In this document: positions 1 to 11,264 of the stretch, piece by piece
Numbering within the stretch: position 1 is the stretch's first letter
Layout of the letters: each line of letters starts with the position of its first letter
Source of the DNA: Candidatus Levybacteria bacterium RIFCSPLOWO2_12_FULL_41_12
Lineage (GTDB): Bacteria; Patescibacteriota; Microgenomatia; Levybacterales; UBA12049
NCBI GenBank assembly: GCA_001784155.1
Contig: MFPL01000012.1
Location: forward strand, 1 to 60,952
Direction: 5' to 3'
DNA length: 60,952 nt
Notes under the pieces: generated by a model
The model's input: only the letters and a program-made list of their open reading frames with translations
Database searches by the model: none
What the model was told of the DNA's origin: nothing
Position numbers and translations under genes: made by a program

Positions 1-63
1 AATAGTAGTTAAGAATATTCCGAATAGACCTGGAATTTTCTTATTCCATATTGAGCTTTGCAT
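1..63 (-). CDS. Partial CDS (5' end), putative membrane-anchored protein; runs off the window edge
   Basis: ATG at 63, 2 nt after the stop of the 66..386 gene; reads MQSSIWNKKIPGLFGIFLTTI, open to position 1. Confidence 0.6.
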   Translation of the reverse strand, partial: MQSSIWNKKIPGLFGIFLTTI

Positions 64-65
64 CT

Positions 66-386
66 TTAAATTCCTTCAGCTCCTTCTGTTGCTACACTCT
101 CTTCGTTGAACAGGTCTGCTGAAGGAGACGCTTCCTCCGTTGGTGTTTCCTCGTTTGGTCCTGATAGTAGACTTTCTGGGATTTCGTATATTGGTTCTAG
201 TCTTACTCTTTTTTTGAGACCTTCTAATCCCTGTAAATCGAATGATTCGGGTATGGGATCGATTTGCTTATTAATCGGTTCAGATATTGTTGATGATACA
301 TGGCTATGATATACGTTAAAGACTACCCATAGAAGAACCATCACAAAAGTAGGAACTAATATTAAGAGAATATCTTTTTGTTTCAT
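66..386 (-). CDS. Hypothetical single-pass membrane protein in the pil operon
   Basis: N-terminal TM helix, acidic tail; start overlaps the pilO stop. Confidence 0.75.
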   Translation of the reverse strand: MKQKDILLILVPTFVMVLLWVVFNVYHSHVSSTISEPINKQIDPIPESFDLQGLEGLKKRVRLEPIYEIPESLLSGPNEETPTEEASPSADLFNEESVATEGAEGI

Positions 387-1009
387 TAGTTTTTGAAATG
401 GGCTGAGCCATTAATATTTAGCTGAAAAACATCTCCTTCGGATCCAGTTTTTGTTAAAGACACTACGTCAAGAGTTAATATTCGCTGCATGTTAGACAGT
501 AAATTCATAAACTCAATAAGCTCTTTACTTGATCCTCTGGCGGATATATTAAAAGAGAAAGAGTTATAGCTATTTGCGCCCTCATTTGCTTTTGTTAATT
601 CAATCTCAAAAACTTGCAGACTTATTATGCTTACATTCGCTCGAGTTGCAAGAGCTTGTATCTGGGCTGCTAAAAGGGGTGCCTCGGCTGAAACGGGTAT
701 AGCATCGGTAGCATAGAAAACCTCATCCTGAATTTGCGTAAAACTTTTTTGAAGAAGAGAAATGTTATTTATCTTTCTTTCTAATTGTTCTTCAACAAAT
801 TTACTGTCATCGAGTTCCTTATTGAGTCTTGTAATTGTAGATAGGGTTGGGTTAATTGCAAATATTCCAAAGAAAGAAAGAGCTGCAAGGGTAAGAGCGA
901 TTGTCGTTATTTGTTGTGTTCTTTCCTGCTTAAAGTCGGGGAGCATCTCGACATATTTGTCAATCTGTATGTTTTTGAAAATATTATTGGCTTTTACTTT
1001 CATTTTCAC
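386..1009 (-). CDS. pilO: Type IV pilus assembly protein PilO-like
   Basis: TM, coiled coil, then ferredoxin-like C-terminus (GSSKELIEFMNLLSNMQRILTLD); follows a PilN-like gene. Confidence 0.75.
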   Translation of the reverse strand: MKMKVKANNIFKNIQIDKYVEMLPDFKQERTQQITTIALTLAALSFFGIFAINPTLSTITRLNKELDDSKFVEEQLERKINNISLLQKSFTQIQDEVFYATDAIPVSAEAPLLAAQIQALATRANVSIISLQVFEIELTKANEGANSYNSFSFNISARGSSKELIEFMNLLSNMQRILTLDVVSLTKTGSEGDVFQLNINGSAHFKN

Positions 1010-1544
1010 CCTCCTTTTTAAACCCAGTGCTTATAGTCACTGTGATCACGCCGTCAGATGGTCTGTTCTCAATTTTTTCTATACTGACCGATGTTATTTT
1101 GGGATAATTCTTAAGTTTATCGCTAAAATTGGTCAATGAAGAAATGGACCCAATATCTACACTTAATCTAACGCCTTCCTTTGATATGCTGAAGCTATTA
1201 ATAGCCATATCAGCCGGGGCAAAAGACAGGATGTCCTTAGTTATGTCCATTCGCTCATCATTTTCTTTTGCAAAGGCCGATGATAGAGTCAGTCTTTCTT
1301 GAAGATTCCTATACTTTAGCTCTCTATCTTTTAAAAAATTTACAACAGCCTGTTCTTGTTTAATTTTTGTGCGTAAGTCTATAAGCTGTCTGTCTAGGGA
1401 AAAGCGGTATAGGAACGTAGCGAGAGCTATGAATTCTACTATTACAACCACGACTCTTCCTACCGATAGAGCCCATTTTATTATTTGGTCCACTAGTCCC
1501 ACATGAGTTTTAACCAAGTTTATAGAAGTGGAACTTTTCGCCAT
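984..1544 (-). CDS. pilN: Type IV pilus assembly protein PilN-like
   Basis: N-terminal SINL motif, TM, coiled coil, PilN-type C-terminal domain. Confidence 0.65.
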   Translation of the reverse strand: MAKSSTSINLVKTHVGLVDQIIKWALSVGRVVVVIVEFIALATFLYRFSLDRQLIDLRTKIKQEQAVVNFLKDRELKYRNLQERLTLSSAFAKENDERMDITKDILSFAPADMAINSFSISKEGVRLSVDIGSISSLTNFSDKLKNYPKITSVSIEKIENRPSDGVITVTISTGFKKEGENESKSQ

Positions 1545-1553
1545 TATAGATTT

Positions 1554-1582
1554 AGTCTAGGCGGTTTTGGTACTTTTGTCAA
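1554..1582 (-). promoter_or_regulatory. Sigma70-type promoter for the pilN operon
   Basis: TTGACA-17 nt-TAGACT on the minus strand, 9 nt before the ATG. Confidence 0.6.
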
Positions 1583-1594
1583 AGAGAAATGAAC

Positions 1595-1909
1595 CTATTT
1601 TTTGGACTTTGAGGTCTTTTTCGGAGTGACTTTTTTAACTGTAGGTTTTACAGCTGTTTTAGCAGTTTTTGCGGGTTTTGAAACTAATTTAGAAAGTCCT
1701 GACTTAATCCTCGCTGCTCTATTTTTGTGGATTATGTTTTTCTTTGAAGCCTTGTCGATAACAGAGAATGCTTCCTGCAATCTCTTAGCAGAGGTGTTCT
1801 TTCTCGTATCCTTAACAGTCTTTCTTAGAGTTGTTTCGAATCTTCTATTAACTAACTCTCGCTTTCTGTCTTTTCTCAGTTTCTTTTTTGCTGATTTTGT
1901 TACTGGCAT
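1595..1909 (-). CDS. rpsT: 30S ribosomal protein S20 with Lys-rich C-terminal extension
   Basis: MPVTKSAKK...IDKASKKNIIHKNRAARIKS signature. Confidence 0.95.
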   Translation of the reverse strand: MPVTKSAKKKLRKDRKRELVNRRFETTLRKTVKDTRKNTSAKRLQEAFSVIDKASKKNIIHKNRAARIKSGLSKLVSKPAKTAKTAVKPTVKKVTPKKTSKSKK

Positions 1910-1962
1910 GGGCGTATTTTAGCATGCTATACTGTTAATCGCAACGTACTTCGTTTATTCGT

Positions 1963-3681
1963 ATGCCTAAAAGTTTTTTCCAAAAAGGCCTCTCTATTTT
2001 ATTGCAAAGGCAAACGAGTATCCTATCTGCAGCATTGATACTAATGGTAACTGTTGTTTTGTCACAGGTCTTAGGTCTCGTAAGACAGCGGCTTTTAGTA
2101 AGTATTTTCGGAGCATCAGATACTTTGGGGGTCTACTTTGCATCAACAAAACTTCCCGATTTTATTTTCCAGCTTGTTATCGTAGGGGCACTTTCAACTG
2201 CTTTTATTCCAATATTTAACGATTTAATGGGTAAAGGTCAGAAAGAGGATGCCAACAGAATGGCCTCAACGCTTCTTCTGCTCGTTTTTATTGTTTTTGG
2301 ATCACTCTCGGTTGTCCTTTTTATATTCGCTCCTTTATTTCTTTCGCTTCTAAACATTGGATCAGGTTTTAGTGCCGAACAAATGCAACTCATGGTAAAT
2401 CTCATGAGGGTTATTTTACTGGGACAAATGTTTTTTCTTCTGGCAACCTTCTTTTCGACTATCCTGCAGTCCTATAATCATTTTTTCATATCAGGTATTG
2501 CAGCGGCTCTTTATAACCTAGGCATAATAATTGGAATAGTTTTTCTTTCGTCAAGATTTGGGATTTACGCACCGGCAATAGGAGTTATTTTCGGAGCCTT
2601 AATTTTTGTTCTTGTTCAACTACCCACTGTTCGGCAAATTGGTTTTTCTTTTAAGCCAAGGCTTTCGCTAAAAACTTTGGGGGTCCTCGAAGTATCACGC
2701 CTAATGGGACCTAGAATATTATCTATTTTAGTTCTTCAATTGGGGACTCTTATTACCCTATCTCTAATCTCTTTTCTTCCATCCTCCGGCAGAAATTATG
2801 TAATTTATGATTTTGCCCTCACTCTTTCTTTTGCTCCGACAGTACTTTTTGGTCAGACTATCGCACAGGCTGCGTTTCCAGTACTCTCCAGAGAGAAAGA
2901 ACGATTAGAAGATTTTAGGAGTACTTTCATAACTAGTTTTAATCAGATGCTTTATCTTATTTTGCCTGTGTCAGTGTTAGTACTAGTATTAAGAATACCC
3001 ATAGTTCGCCTTGTCTACGGGGCTGCCAGATTTGACTGGGACGCTACGGTTCTAACCGGCAGGACTCTGGCTTTTTTCTCTCTGTCCATATTCGCGCAAG
3101 CCCTGTCTCATCTTGTCTACCGCGCATTTTATGCTCTTCACGACAGCAAGACGCCGTTTGCAGTAGGGAGTTTTTCTACTATAATTATGGTTGTATTAAG
3201 CGCTCTTTTTGTTTTGGTATGGGATTCCTCTTTAAGAGAATTCGCAACTTCATATGCCGATAAATTAAGGCTTATTCCCGTAGGTGTTGAATCAATCGCT
3301 TTTGCCTATTCAATAGCGAGCGTTTTTAATCTTATTGTTTTACTCTTATTTTTACACCGAAAAATAGGAATATTTTCGACAAAGATTTTTTTCCTCCCTC
3401 AGATAAAGATAGTTATGGCGACTATATTTACCGCTTTTGCGATATACATACCCATAAAACTTTTGGATCAATTAGTATTTGATACAACAAGAACGGTAAA
3501 TCTAATTCTTTTAACCGGTATTTCAAGTTTTGCCGGACTTTCTCTTTACCTTTTTCTTACGTGGCTTTTCGACGTAAAGGAAGCGTCTATGTTTCTTTTG
3601 CTTTTCAGAAAGATCGGTAATTGGAGAGAAATTCTTGGAGGAAAAGAAAAAGTCCTCGAAACACGAACTACTCTTAATTGA
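1963..3681 (+). CDS. murJ: Lipid II flippase MurJ (MviN)
   Basis: LSQVLGLVR, GALSTAFIP and RAFYALHDSKTP motifs; many TM helices. Confidence 0.93.
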   Translation: MPKSFFQKGLSILLQRQTSILSAALILMVTVVLSQVLGLVRQRLLVSIFGASDTLGVYFASTKLPDFIFQLVIVGALSTAFIPIFNDLMGKGQKEDANRMASTLLLLVFIVFGSLSVVLFIFAPLFLSLLNIGSGFSAEQMQLMVNLMRVILLGQMFFLLATFFSTILQSYNHFFISGIAAALYNLGIIIGIVFLSSRFGIYAPAIGVIFGALIFVLVQLPTVRQIGFSFKPRLSLKTLGVLEVSRLMGPRILSILVLQLGTLITLSLISFLPSSGRNYVIYDFALTLSFAPTVLFGQTIAQAAFPVLSREKERLEDFRSTFITSFNQMLYLILPVSVLVLVLRIPIVRLVYGAARFDWDATVLTGRTLAFFSLSIFAQALSHLVYRAFYALHDSKTPFAVGSFSTIIMVVLSALFVLVWDSSLREFATSYADKLRLIPVGVESIAFAYSIASVFNLIVLLLFLHRKIGIFSTKIFFLPQIKIVMATIFTAFAIYIPIKLLDQLVFDTTRTVNLILLTGISSFAGLSLYLFLTWLFDVKEASMFLLLFRKIGNWREILGGKEKVLETRTTLN

Positions 3682-3714
3682 TTTAGCATCTATCCGTCCC
3701 GTATACTACAATTC

Positions 3715-5439
3715 ATGAACAAAACGAATACTAGAAATTTTGCGATTATTGCTCATGTGGATCATGGTAAGAGTACTCTCGCAGACAGACTTTTGGAAAA
3801 GACCGAAACAGTCTCTCAAGAAAAAATGCAAGAGCAGTTCTTAGACCAAAATCCTATAAGTCGCGAGCGGGGAATTACTATAAAGCTTGCTCCCGTAAGA
3901 ATGAATTACAGAAAGAATAGTGAAGAATATATCTTGAATTTGATTGACACTCCAGGCCACGTAGATTTTTCATACGAAGTATCAAGGACCCTTGCAGCAT
4001 GTGAAGGAGCCATTCTTTTGGTAGACGCTACGCAGGGAGTACAGGCACAAACAGTTGCTCACTACCATTCTGCTGTCAGGGAAAATCTTTTTATAGTGCC
4101 CGCCATCAATAAAATTGACCTTCCAGAGGCTCGGACAGAAGAAGTGGAAAAACAACTCTTAGAAATGTTTTCTATAGAAAAAGCAGATATTATTTATATT
4201 TCTGCGAAAACTGGGCAAAACGTAGATAAACTTCTAGACGCAGTGATCGATAGAATTCCTCCTCCCGAAGGCTCGCTTGAGAGTCCTTTTAAGGCTCTTA
4301 TTTTCGATGCTTTTTACGACGAGCACAGAGGGGTTATAGTCTACACCAGAATTTTTGACGGGTCTTTAAAAAAGGGAGAAAGAATCGGACTTACTCAGAG
4401 TAAAAATTCTTCAATAGCGTCCGAAGTCGGATATTTTACCCCGTTTCTTAAGGAGGAAAGTGAGATTTCAGCGGGGGATATAGGCTACATTGTAACCGGA
4501 ATAAAAGACATAAGACTTGCTAGCGTAGGAGACACTATTCACAAAAGCGGGGAAAGGGTGAGCGCTATGCCTGGGTATTCACAGCCAAAGCCAATGGTTT
4601 TCTTCGGGATGTATCCCAGAAATACTCATGACTTGCAAAAGCTTAAGGAATCTCTTCACAAAATTTCTTTAAACGATACGTCTATTAGTTTTATTGAAGA
4701 ACGCTCATCGTTTCTGGGAAGCGGATTTAGGGTAGGATTCTTGGGTTTACTTCACGCCGAAATAGTTAAGGAGAGAATAGAACGCGAAAGTAATCTGGAT
4801 ATTTTACTCACCATGCCCCACGTACTTTATGAAGAGGGAGATAGTGGTATAAAAGAGCCTTATATTGAGCTGACAATCTACTCTCCCAAGGACTACGTAG
4901 GGGCAATTATAAATCTTTGTGAGACAAAGAAAGGGAATATGCTTAATCTGTCATATTATCAGAATAGCGCGATATTAAAGTATGAACTGCCCTATACAAT
5001 GCTTGTTCGCGGATTGTCGTCGGATCTTAAAAGCATATCTTCGGGGTATGCCACAATCGATTATGAGCTTGCGGGATTTAGACAGGCTGACCTTGTTGAT
5101 CTAAGAATACTAATAAACGGAGTTGATATAGACGTACTTTCGGAAAAAGTCTATAGGGACGAAGCAATGTTTTTGGCTCGCGAAAAAACGAAGAAATTGA
5201 AGGAAGCCTTGCCAAAGCAACAATTCCGCCAGATTATTCAGGCTGCTATTTCAGGGAATATTGTTGCGCGTGAAGAAGTACCGGCCTTCCGAAAAGACGT
5301 TTTGTCAAAAATGTCAGGAGGCGACAGGACTAGAAAAGACAAGCTTTTAGACAAGCAGAAGAAGGGTAAGCAAAAACTTTTGGTTGATGCGAGAGTAACT
5401 ATACCCCAGGAGGTTCTATTCTCAATGATTAGAAGCTAG
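3715..5439 (+). CDS. lepA: Elongation factor 4 (LepA)
   Basis: RNFAIIAHVDHGKSTLADRLL, DTPGHVDF, GGDRTRKDKLL. Confidence 0.96.
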   Translation: MNKTNTRNFAIIAHVDHGKSTLADRLLEKTETVSQEKMQEQFLDQNPISRERGITIKLAPVRMNYRKNSEEYILNLIDTPGHVDFSYEVSRTLAACEGAILLVDATQGVQAQTVAHYHSAVRENLFIVPAINKIDLPEARTEEVEKQLLEMFSIEKADIIYISAKTGQNVDKLLDAVIDRIPPPEGSLESPFKALIFDAFYDEHRGVIVYTRIFDGSLKKGERIGLTQSKNSSIASEVGYFTPFLKEESEISAGDIGYIVTGIKDIRLASVGDTIHKSGERVSAMPGYSQPKPMVFFGMYPRNTHDLQKLKESLHKISLNDTSISFIEERSSFLGSGFRVGFLGLLHAEIVKERIERESNLDILLTMPHVLYEEGDSGIKEPYIELTIYSPKDYVGAIINLCETKKGNMLNLSYYQNSAILKYELPYTMLVRGLSSDLKSISSGYATIDYELAGFRQADLVDLRILINGVDIDVLSEKVYRDEAMFLAREKTKKLKEALPKQQFRQIIQAAISGNIVAREEVPAFRKDVLSKMSGGDRTRKDKLLDKQKKGKQKLLVDARVTIPQEVLFSMIRS

Positions 5440-6629
5440 AGTGCGAAGAAGATAACAAATCCCAGAACCGTGAGTATTGCTCCAAGAAGTCCAACGCCCA
5501 CTACTGTTTTATCCGGTCCTGTTGCCGGGAGGGTAGGCTCGGGAGTCGCTGTAGCAATAGCCCCCCCTCCGCCTACTGAAATTGTTTCGGAGCAAAAGTT
5601 GGGGTCACTTGTCGCGTTATTATCATCAATGAACGTAGCAGTCGCCGTAAATTCACCGTCAGTACTATATGTATGGCCTATTTGGGCGCTGACCGATGCT
5701 TCTTCGCCTATTCCTCCAGTTTCGGTCAAATCCTGTGCAGGCCCATCCCCAAAATTAAACGTAATCTTACTAACAATCCCGTCAGGATCAAAGCCCTCTG
5801 TAGTGAATGTTATCGATAAAGGAGCAGTTCCTTCTGTTTCGTCTACCGTGAAGCTTTCGCAAACAGGCGCTTGATTTGTATCTCCGCCTTCTTCATTGCC
5901 GCCGTCACCTTCAGTTGGTTCTGCTGTTGGAGCTTCAGTTGATTCTGCTGTTGGTTCTACGTCTTCCGAAGCCTCAATAATTACGTCTGTTCCTATAGCA
6001 TTTGCTATGACTGGTTCTTTTGGTTCAGATTCTAAACTAGACCGGGCATCAGTATTGCCTGCCGTCATATCGAAGCTTAATGAAGTAAATGCTGCGGGAT
6101 CGGCTTCTGTTACAGTTACCTCTTCTGCTACAAAATTAAGCGTTCCAAGAGTTTGTACTCCGCCGGTAATCCCGGGATTCAAAGCATTAATAGCCATTTC
6201 TACAGAAATAGTTCCTAAGTCCGGATCGTAGACAGGGGGGATGTTGGGGTCGATTATGAATTGGGATGAGGCGTTTTGCTCAAAAGCTATAATTTCTCCG
6301 CCGTCGTCGGTCTTAAGAGACAATACTTGAGGATCGTATTTCACAAGGAATTTTATCCAAGTTACTGCATTTATGTCAGGGTTTATTTTTACTTCTACTT
6401 GCACTTCATCACCCTTTTTTACTGTTTGGGTGAATTTATTTGTAAAAGGAGGCTGTAGTGGTGGGCAATTAGTCTCGCCAGGAGGGCATAATTGAAGATT
6501 TGTCGCTGCCTGAGCCCCGCTTCGGGTCTCCTGTTGCTGTTGAACCAAATACACCGTTAAGGGTATAGCCAGCATAAGGACTGCAAGAAAACCAAACAGG
6601 AGAAGTTTTTTACGGGAAATAGATCGCAT
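5436..6629 (-). CDS. Surface protein: N-terminal TM, cohesin-like domain, PKD domain, C-terminal LPXTG (LPATG) sorting signal
   Basis: YDPQVL cohesin-like motif; FNFGDG...HTYSTDGEFTAT PKD motif; LPATG followed by a hydrophobic stretch. Confidence 0.8.
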   Translation of the reverse strand: MRSISRKKLLLFGFLAVLMLAIPLTVYLVQQQQETRSGAQAATNLQLCPPGETNCPPLQPPFTNKFTQTVKKGDEVQVEVKINPDINAVTWIKFLVKYDPQVLSLKTDDGGEIIAFEQNASSQFIIDPNIPPVYDPDLGTISVEMAINALNPGITGGVQTLGTLNFVAEEVTVTEADPAAFTSLSFDMTAGNTDARSSLESEPKEPVIANAIGTDVIIEASEDVEPTAESTEAPTAEPTEGDGGNEEGGDTNQAPVCESFTVDETEGTAPLSITFTTEGFDPDGIVSKITFNFGDGPAQDLTETGGIGEEASVSAQIGHTYSTDGEFTATATFIDDNNATSDPNFCSETISVGGGGAIATATPEPTLPATGPDKTVVGVGLLGAILTVLGFVIFFAL

Positions 6630-6642
6630 AATGCTTTAAATT

Positions 6643-6672
6643 ATCGTATATGAATATGAATTGCCATGTCAA
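6643..6672 (-). promoter_or_regulatory. Promoter for the LPXTG surface protein gene
   Basis: TTGACA-18 nt-TACGAT on the minus strand, divergent from the groES promoter. Confidence 0.5.
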
Positions 6673-6691
6673 GCAAAGGGGACATAGGACC

Positions 6692-6720
6692 TTGACAGAC
6701 AAAGAGTTTTGTTGTATAAA
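6692..6720 (+). promoter_or_regulatory. groES-groEL promoter
   Basis: TTGACA-17 nt-TATAAA. Confidence 0.75.
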
Positions 6721-6747
6721 TTAGCAGACAAAATATCGGAGTGATAT
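6721..6747 (+). promoter_or_regulatory. CIRCE operator (HrcA site), degenerate
   Basis: TTAGCAGAC-N9-GAGTGATAT versus consensus TTAGCACTC-N9-GAGTGCTAA, immediately after the -10 box; hrcA is in the window. Confidence 0.8.
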
Positions 6748-6760
6748 TTTGTTTTTTCTT

Positions 6761-9392
<2,632 letters not shown>

Positions 9393-9393
9393 A

Positions 9394-10328
9394 TTATGTC
9401 GCTAATCTATATTGATTTATTTCGTTTGTCAGTCTCTGTGTTTCTGCTCTTGCTGCTCCTGCAAAATCAGGACCGCTTGATGCAAATATTATACTTCTTG
9501 ACGCATTAATAATCATTCCTTGTTTATTACTATCTCTGCCCGCTATTACGGTTGATTCTACGTCTCCGCCTTGCGCTCCAATGCCGGGTATAAGAATTGG
9601 CGTCTCTCCTGCTATTCTTCTAATCTCTGCTAATTCTACAGGACTGGTTGCTCCTGCAACCAAGCCAACATTCCCATTGCTATTCCAGTTTACAGCAGCA
9701 GCATAAGCGATTATTTGGTAAAGCGGAAACACATCGTCTCCAGTCATTTCCCTAAGTCCTTCTAGATCTCCAAATCTTTTTTTATAGAAATCGCTTAAGC
9801 GATTTAAATCAACGGGAAGATCTTGGAATTCACCTGCCCCCGGATTTGAAGTTCTCGCCAGAACTAAAATTCCCTTATCTGTTCTATCTAAGAAAGGAGC
9901 AAGAGCCTCTCTTCCTAAATAAGGATGAACAGTTACTGCGTCCGCGCCAAATCTATCGAAAGCTTCTTCGACGTATCCATTATTTGTATTCCCAATATCT
10001 CCTCTTTTGAAATCCAAAATAACAGGGACTCGTGGATAGGAGTGCTTTATATATCTTATTGTTTCTTCAAGAGCTGCAACTCCTTCGCTTCCTAGCTTTT
10101 CATAAAAGGCAGAGTTGGGTTTGAATGCGCATGCTAGGTCAGCAGTTGCGTCTATTATGCGCGTGTTAAAATCCACTAAGGATCTAGCTGATTTAGGCAG
10201 TTTTCCGTATCGGAGTCTAATCCTACACAAACAAATAGTCCTTGCGACCAACGATTCTCAAGCTTTGCGACGAACTCAGATTTGGGGAGAGTTGGTTCTA
10301 AGTCAGCAGAGGTTAATTGCTCGTTCAT
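9394..10328 (-). pseudogene. pyrF: Orotidine-5'-phosphate decarboxylase split by a -1 frameshift near 10209 (pseudogene, assembly error or recoding)
   Basis: ATG at 10328 gives MNEQ...RWSQGLFVCVGLDSD (the conserved CVGLD strand) and stops at 10176; the catalytic part (FKPNSAFY, DFKRGDIGNT, LIPGIGAQGG) is in the -1 frame. Confidence 0.85.
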
Positions 10329-10354
10329 AAAAAAATGCCCTTTCGGGCACTCCC
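10329..10354 (-). terminator. Intrinsic-terminator-like hairpin in the pyrF 5' leader (putative attenuator)
   Basis: GGGAG-TGCCC-GAAA-GGGCA-TTTTTTT directly followed by ATG; no upstream co-directional gene. Confidence 0.7.
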
Positions 10355-10355
10355 T

Positions 10356-10384
10356 AGATTATAATTTTTAAAATTAAATGTCAA
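10356..10384 (-). promoter_or_regulatory. pyrF-pyrE promoter
   Basis: TTGACA followed by TATAAT (15-nt spacer) or TAATCT (17-nt spacer). Confidence 0.7.
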
Positions 10385-10436
10385 TAGTTTGAACTTTAAA
10401 ACTTCACTGTGGTATATTTAGTTTCTAGCCCTTCCT

Positions 10437-11264
10437 ATGCGTAGAATTATTCTTTTTGTTTTGCCGCTTATTTTAATAACCGCAATATTTTTGGTAACGA
10501 TTTTTGTTGTGTCTAAGGAATCGGGAAAAGGCGCTCTTCAGGTGACATCAAATCCACCGAGTAAAGTCTATCTGAGCGGGTCATACATTGGTGATACTCC
10601 TCTTTGCAGATGTAAGCTTCCTGAGATGATTGAGGCAGGAGAATACGATTTAAGAATTGTTCCGAAAGACGCAGTATTTGATGAATTTAGGGAAAGAATA
10701 AAGGTATCCGCGTCTGTGCTTACTGTAATTGATCGGACTTTTGGAAAAGGTGCCCAGTCTTCAGGAAGCATAATAAGCCTGACCGAAATCGATGATAAGA
10801 AATCTTCGCCACTTCTCGTAGCTTCTTTCCCCAATAAGGCAGAAATAATAATAGATAGCAATCGCGAAGGCCTAAGCCCTCTCCTGCTAGATAAAATTAC
10901 TGCATCGGATCACGAGGTCAGAATTTCCAAGGACAACTATAAGGAAAAAATACTTCGTGTTAGGACTGTCCCCGGATATAGACTTGAGATAACTGCATTT
11001 TTAAGCATAGAGCCATTAAAGAAAGCGACTGGTTCTGCATCGAGCGATACGCCTGTAATCCAAAAGATAGTAATACTAGATACTCCTACAGGGTTCCTAA
11101 GGGTTAGAGAGGGAAGTTCGGCTGCATCCCAACAGGTGGGTCAAGTGTCGCCTGGTGAGGAATACGATTTATTAGAAGAAGGAAACTCTTGGTACAAGAT
11201 TAAGCTTAAGGATGGAAAAGAGGGGTGGATAAGTGAGACATATGCGCAACTTAAGCCCCAATAA
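10437..11264 (+). CDS. PEGA-domain and bacterial SH3-domain membrane-anchored protein
   Basis: GALQVTSNPPSKVYLSG..IGDTPL PEGA repeats; FLRVREG...WYKIKLKDGKEGWIS SH3b. Confidence 0.85.
   Translation: MRRIILFVLPLILITAIFLVTIFVVSKESGKGALQVTSNPPSKVYLSGSYIGDTPLCRCKLPEMIEAGEYDLRIVPKDAVFDEFRERIKVSASVLTVIDRTFGKGAQSSGSIISLTEIDDKKSSPLLVASFPNKAEIIIDSNREGLSPLLLDKITASDHEVRISKDNYKEKILRVRTVPGYRLEITAFLSIEPLKKATGSASSDTPVIQKIVILDTPTGFLRVREGSSAASQQVGQVSPGEEYDLLEEGNSWYKIKLKDGKEGWISETYAQLKPQ

Noticed and set aside
10210-10251. ORF-track N-terminus of pyrF (MVARTICLCRIRL)
   Set aside because: Out-of-frame reading of the real N-terminal segment that starts at 10328
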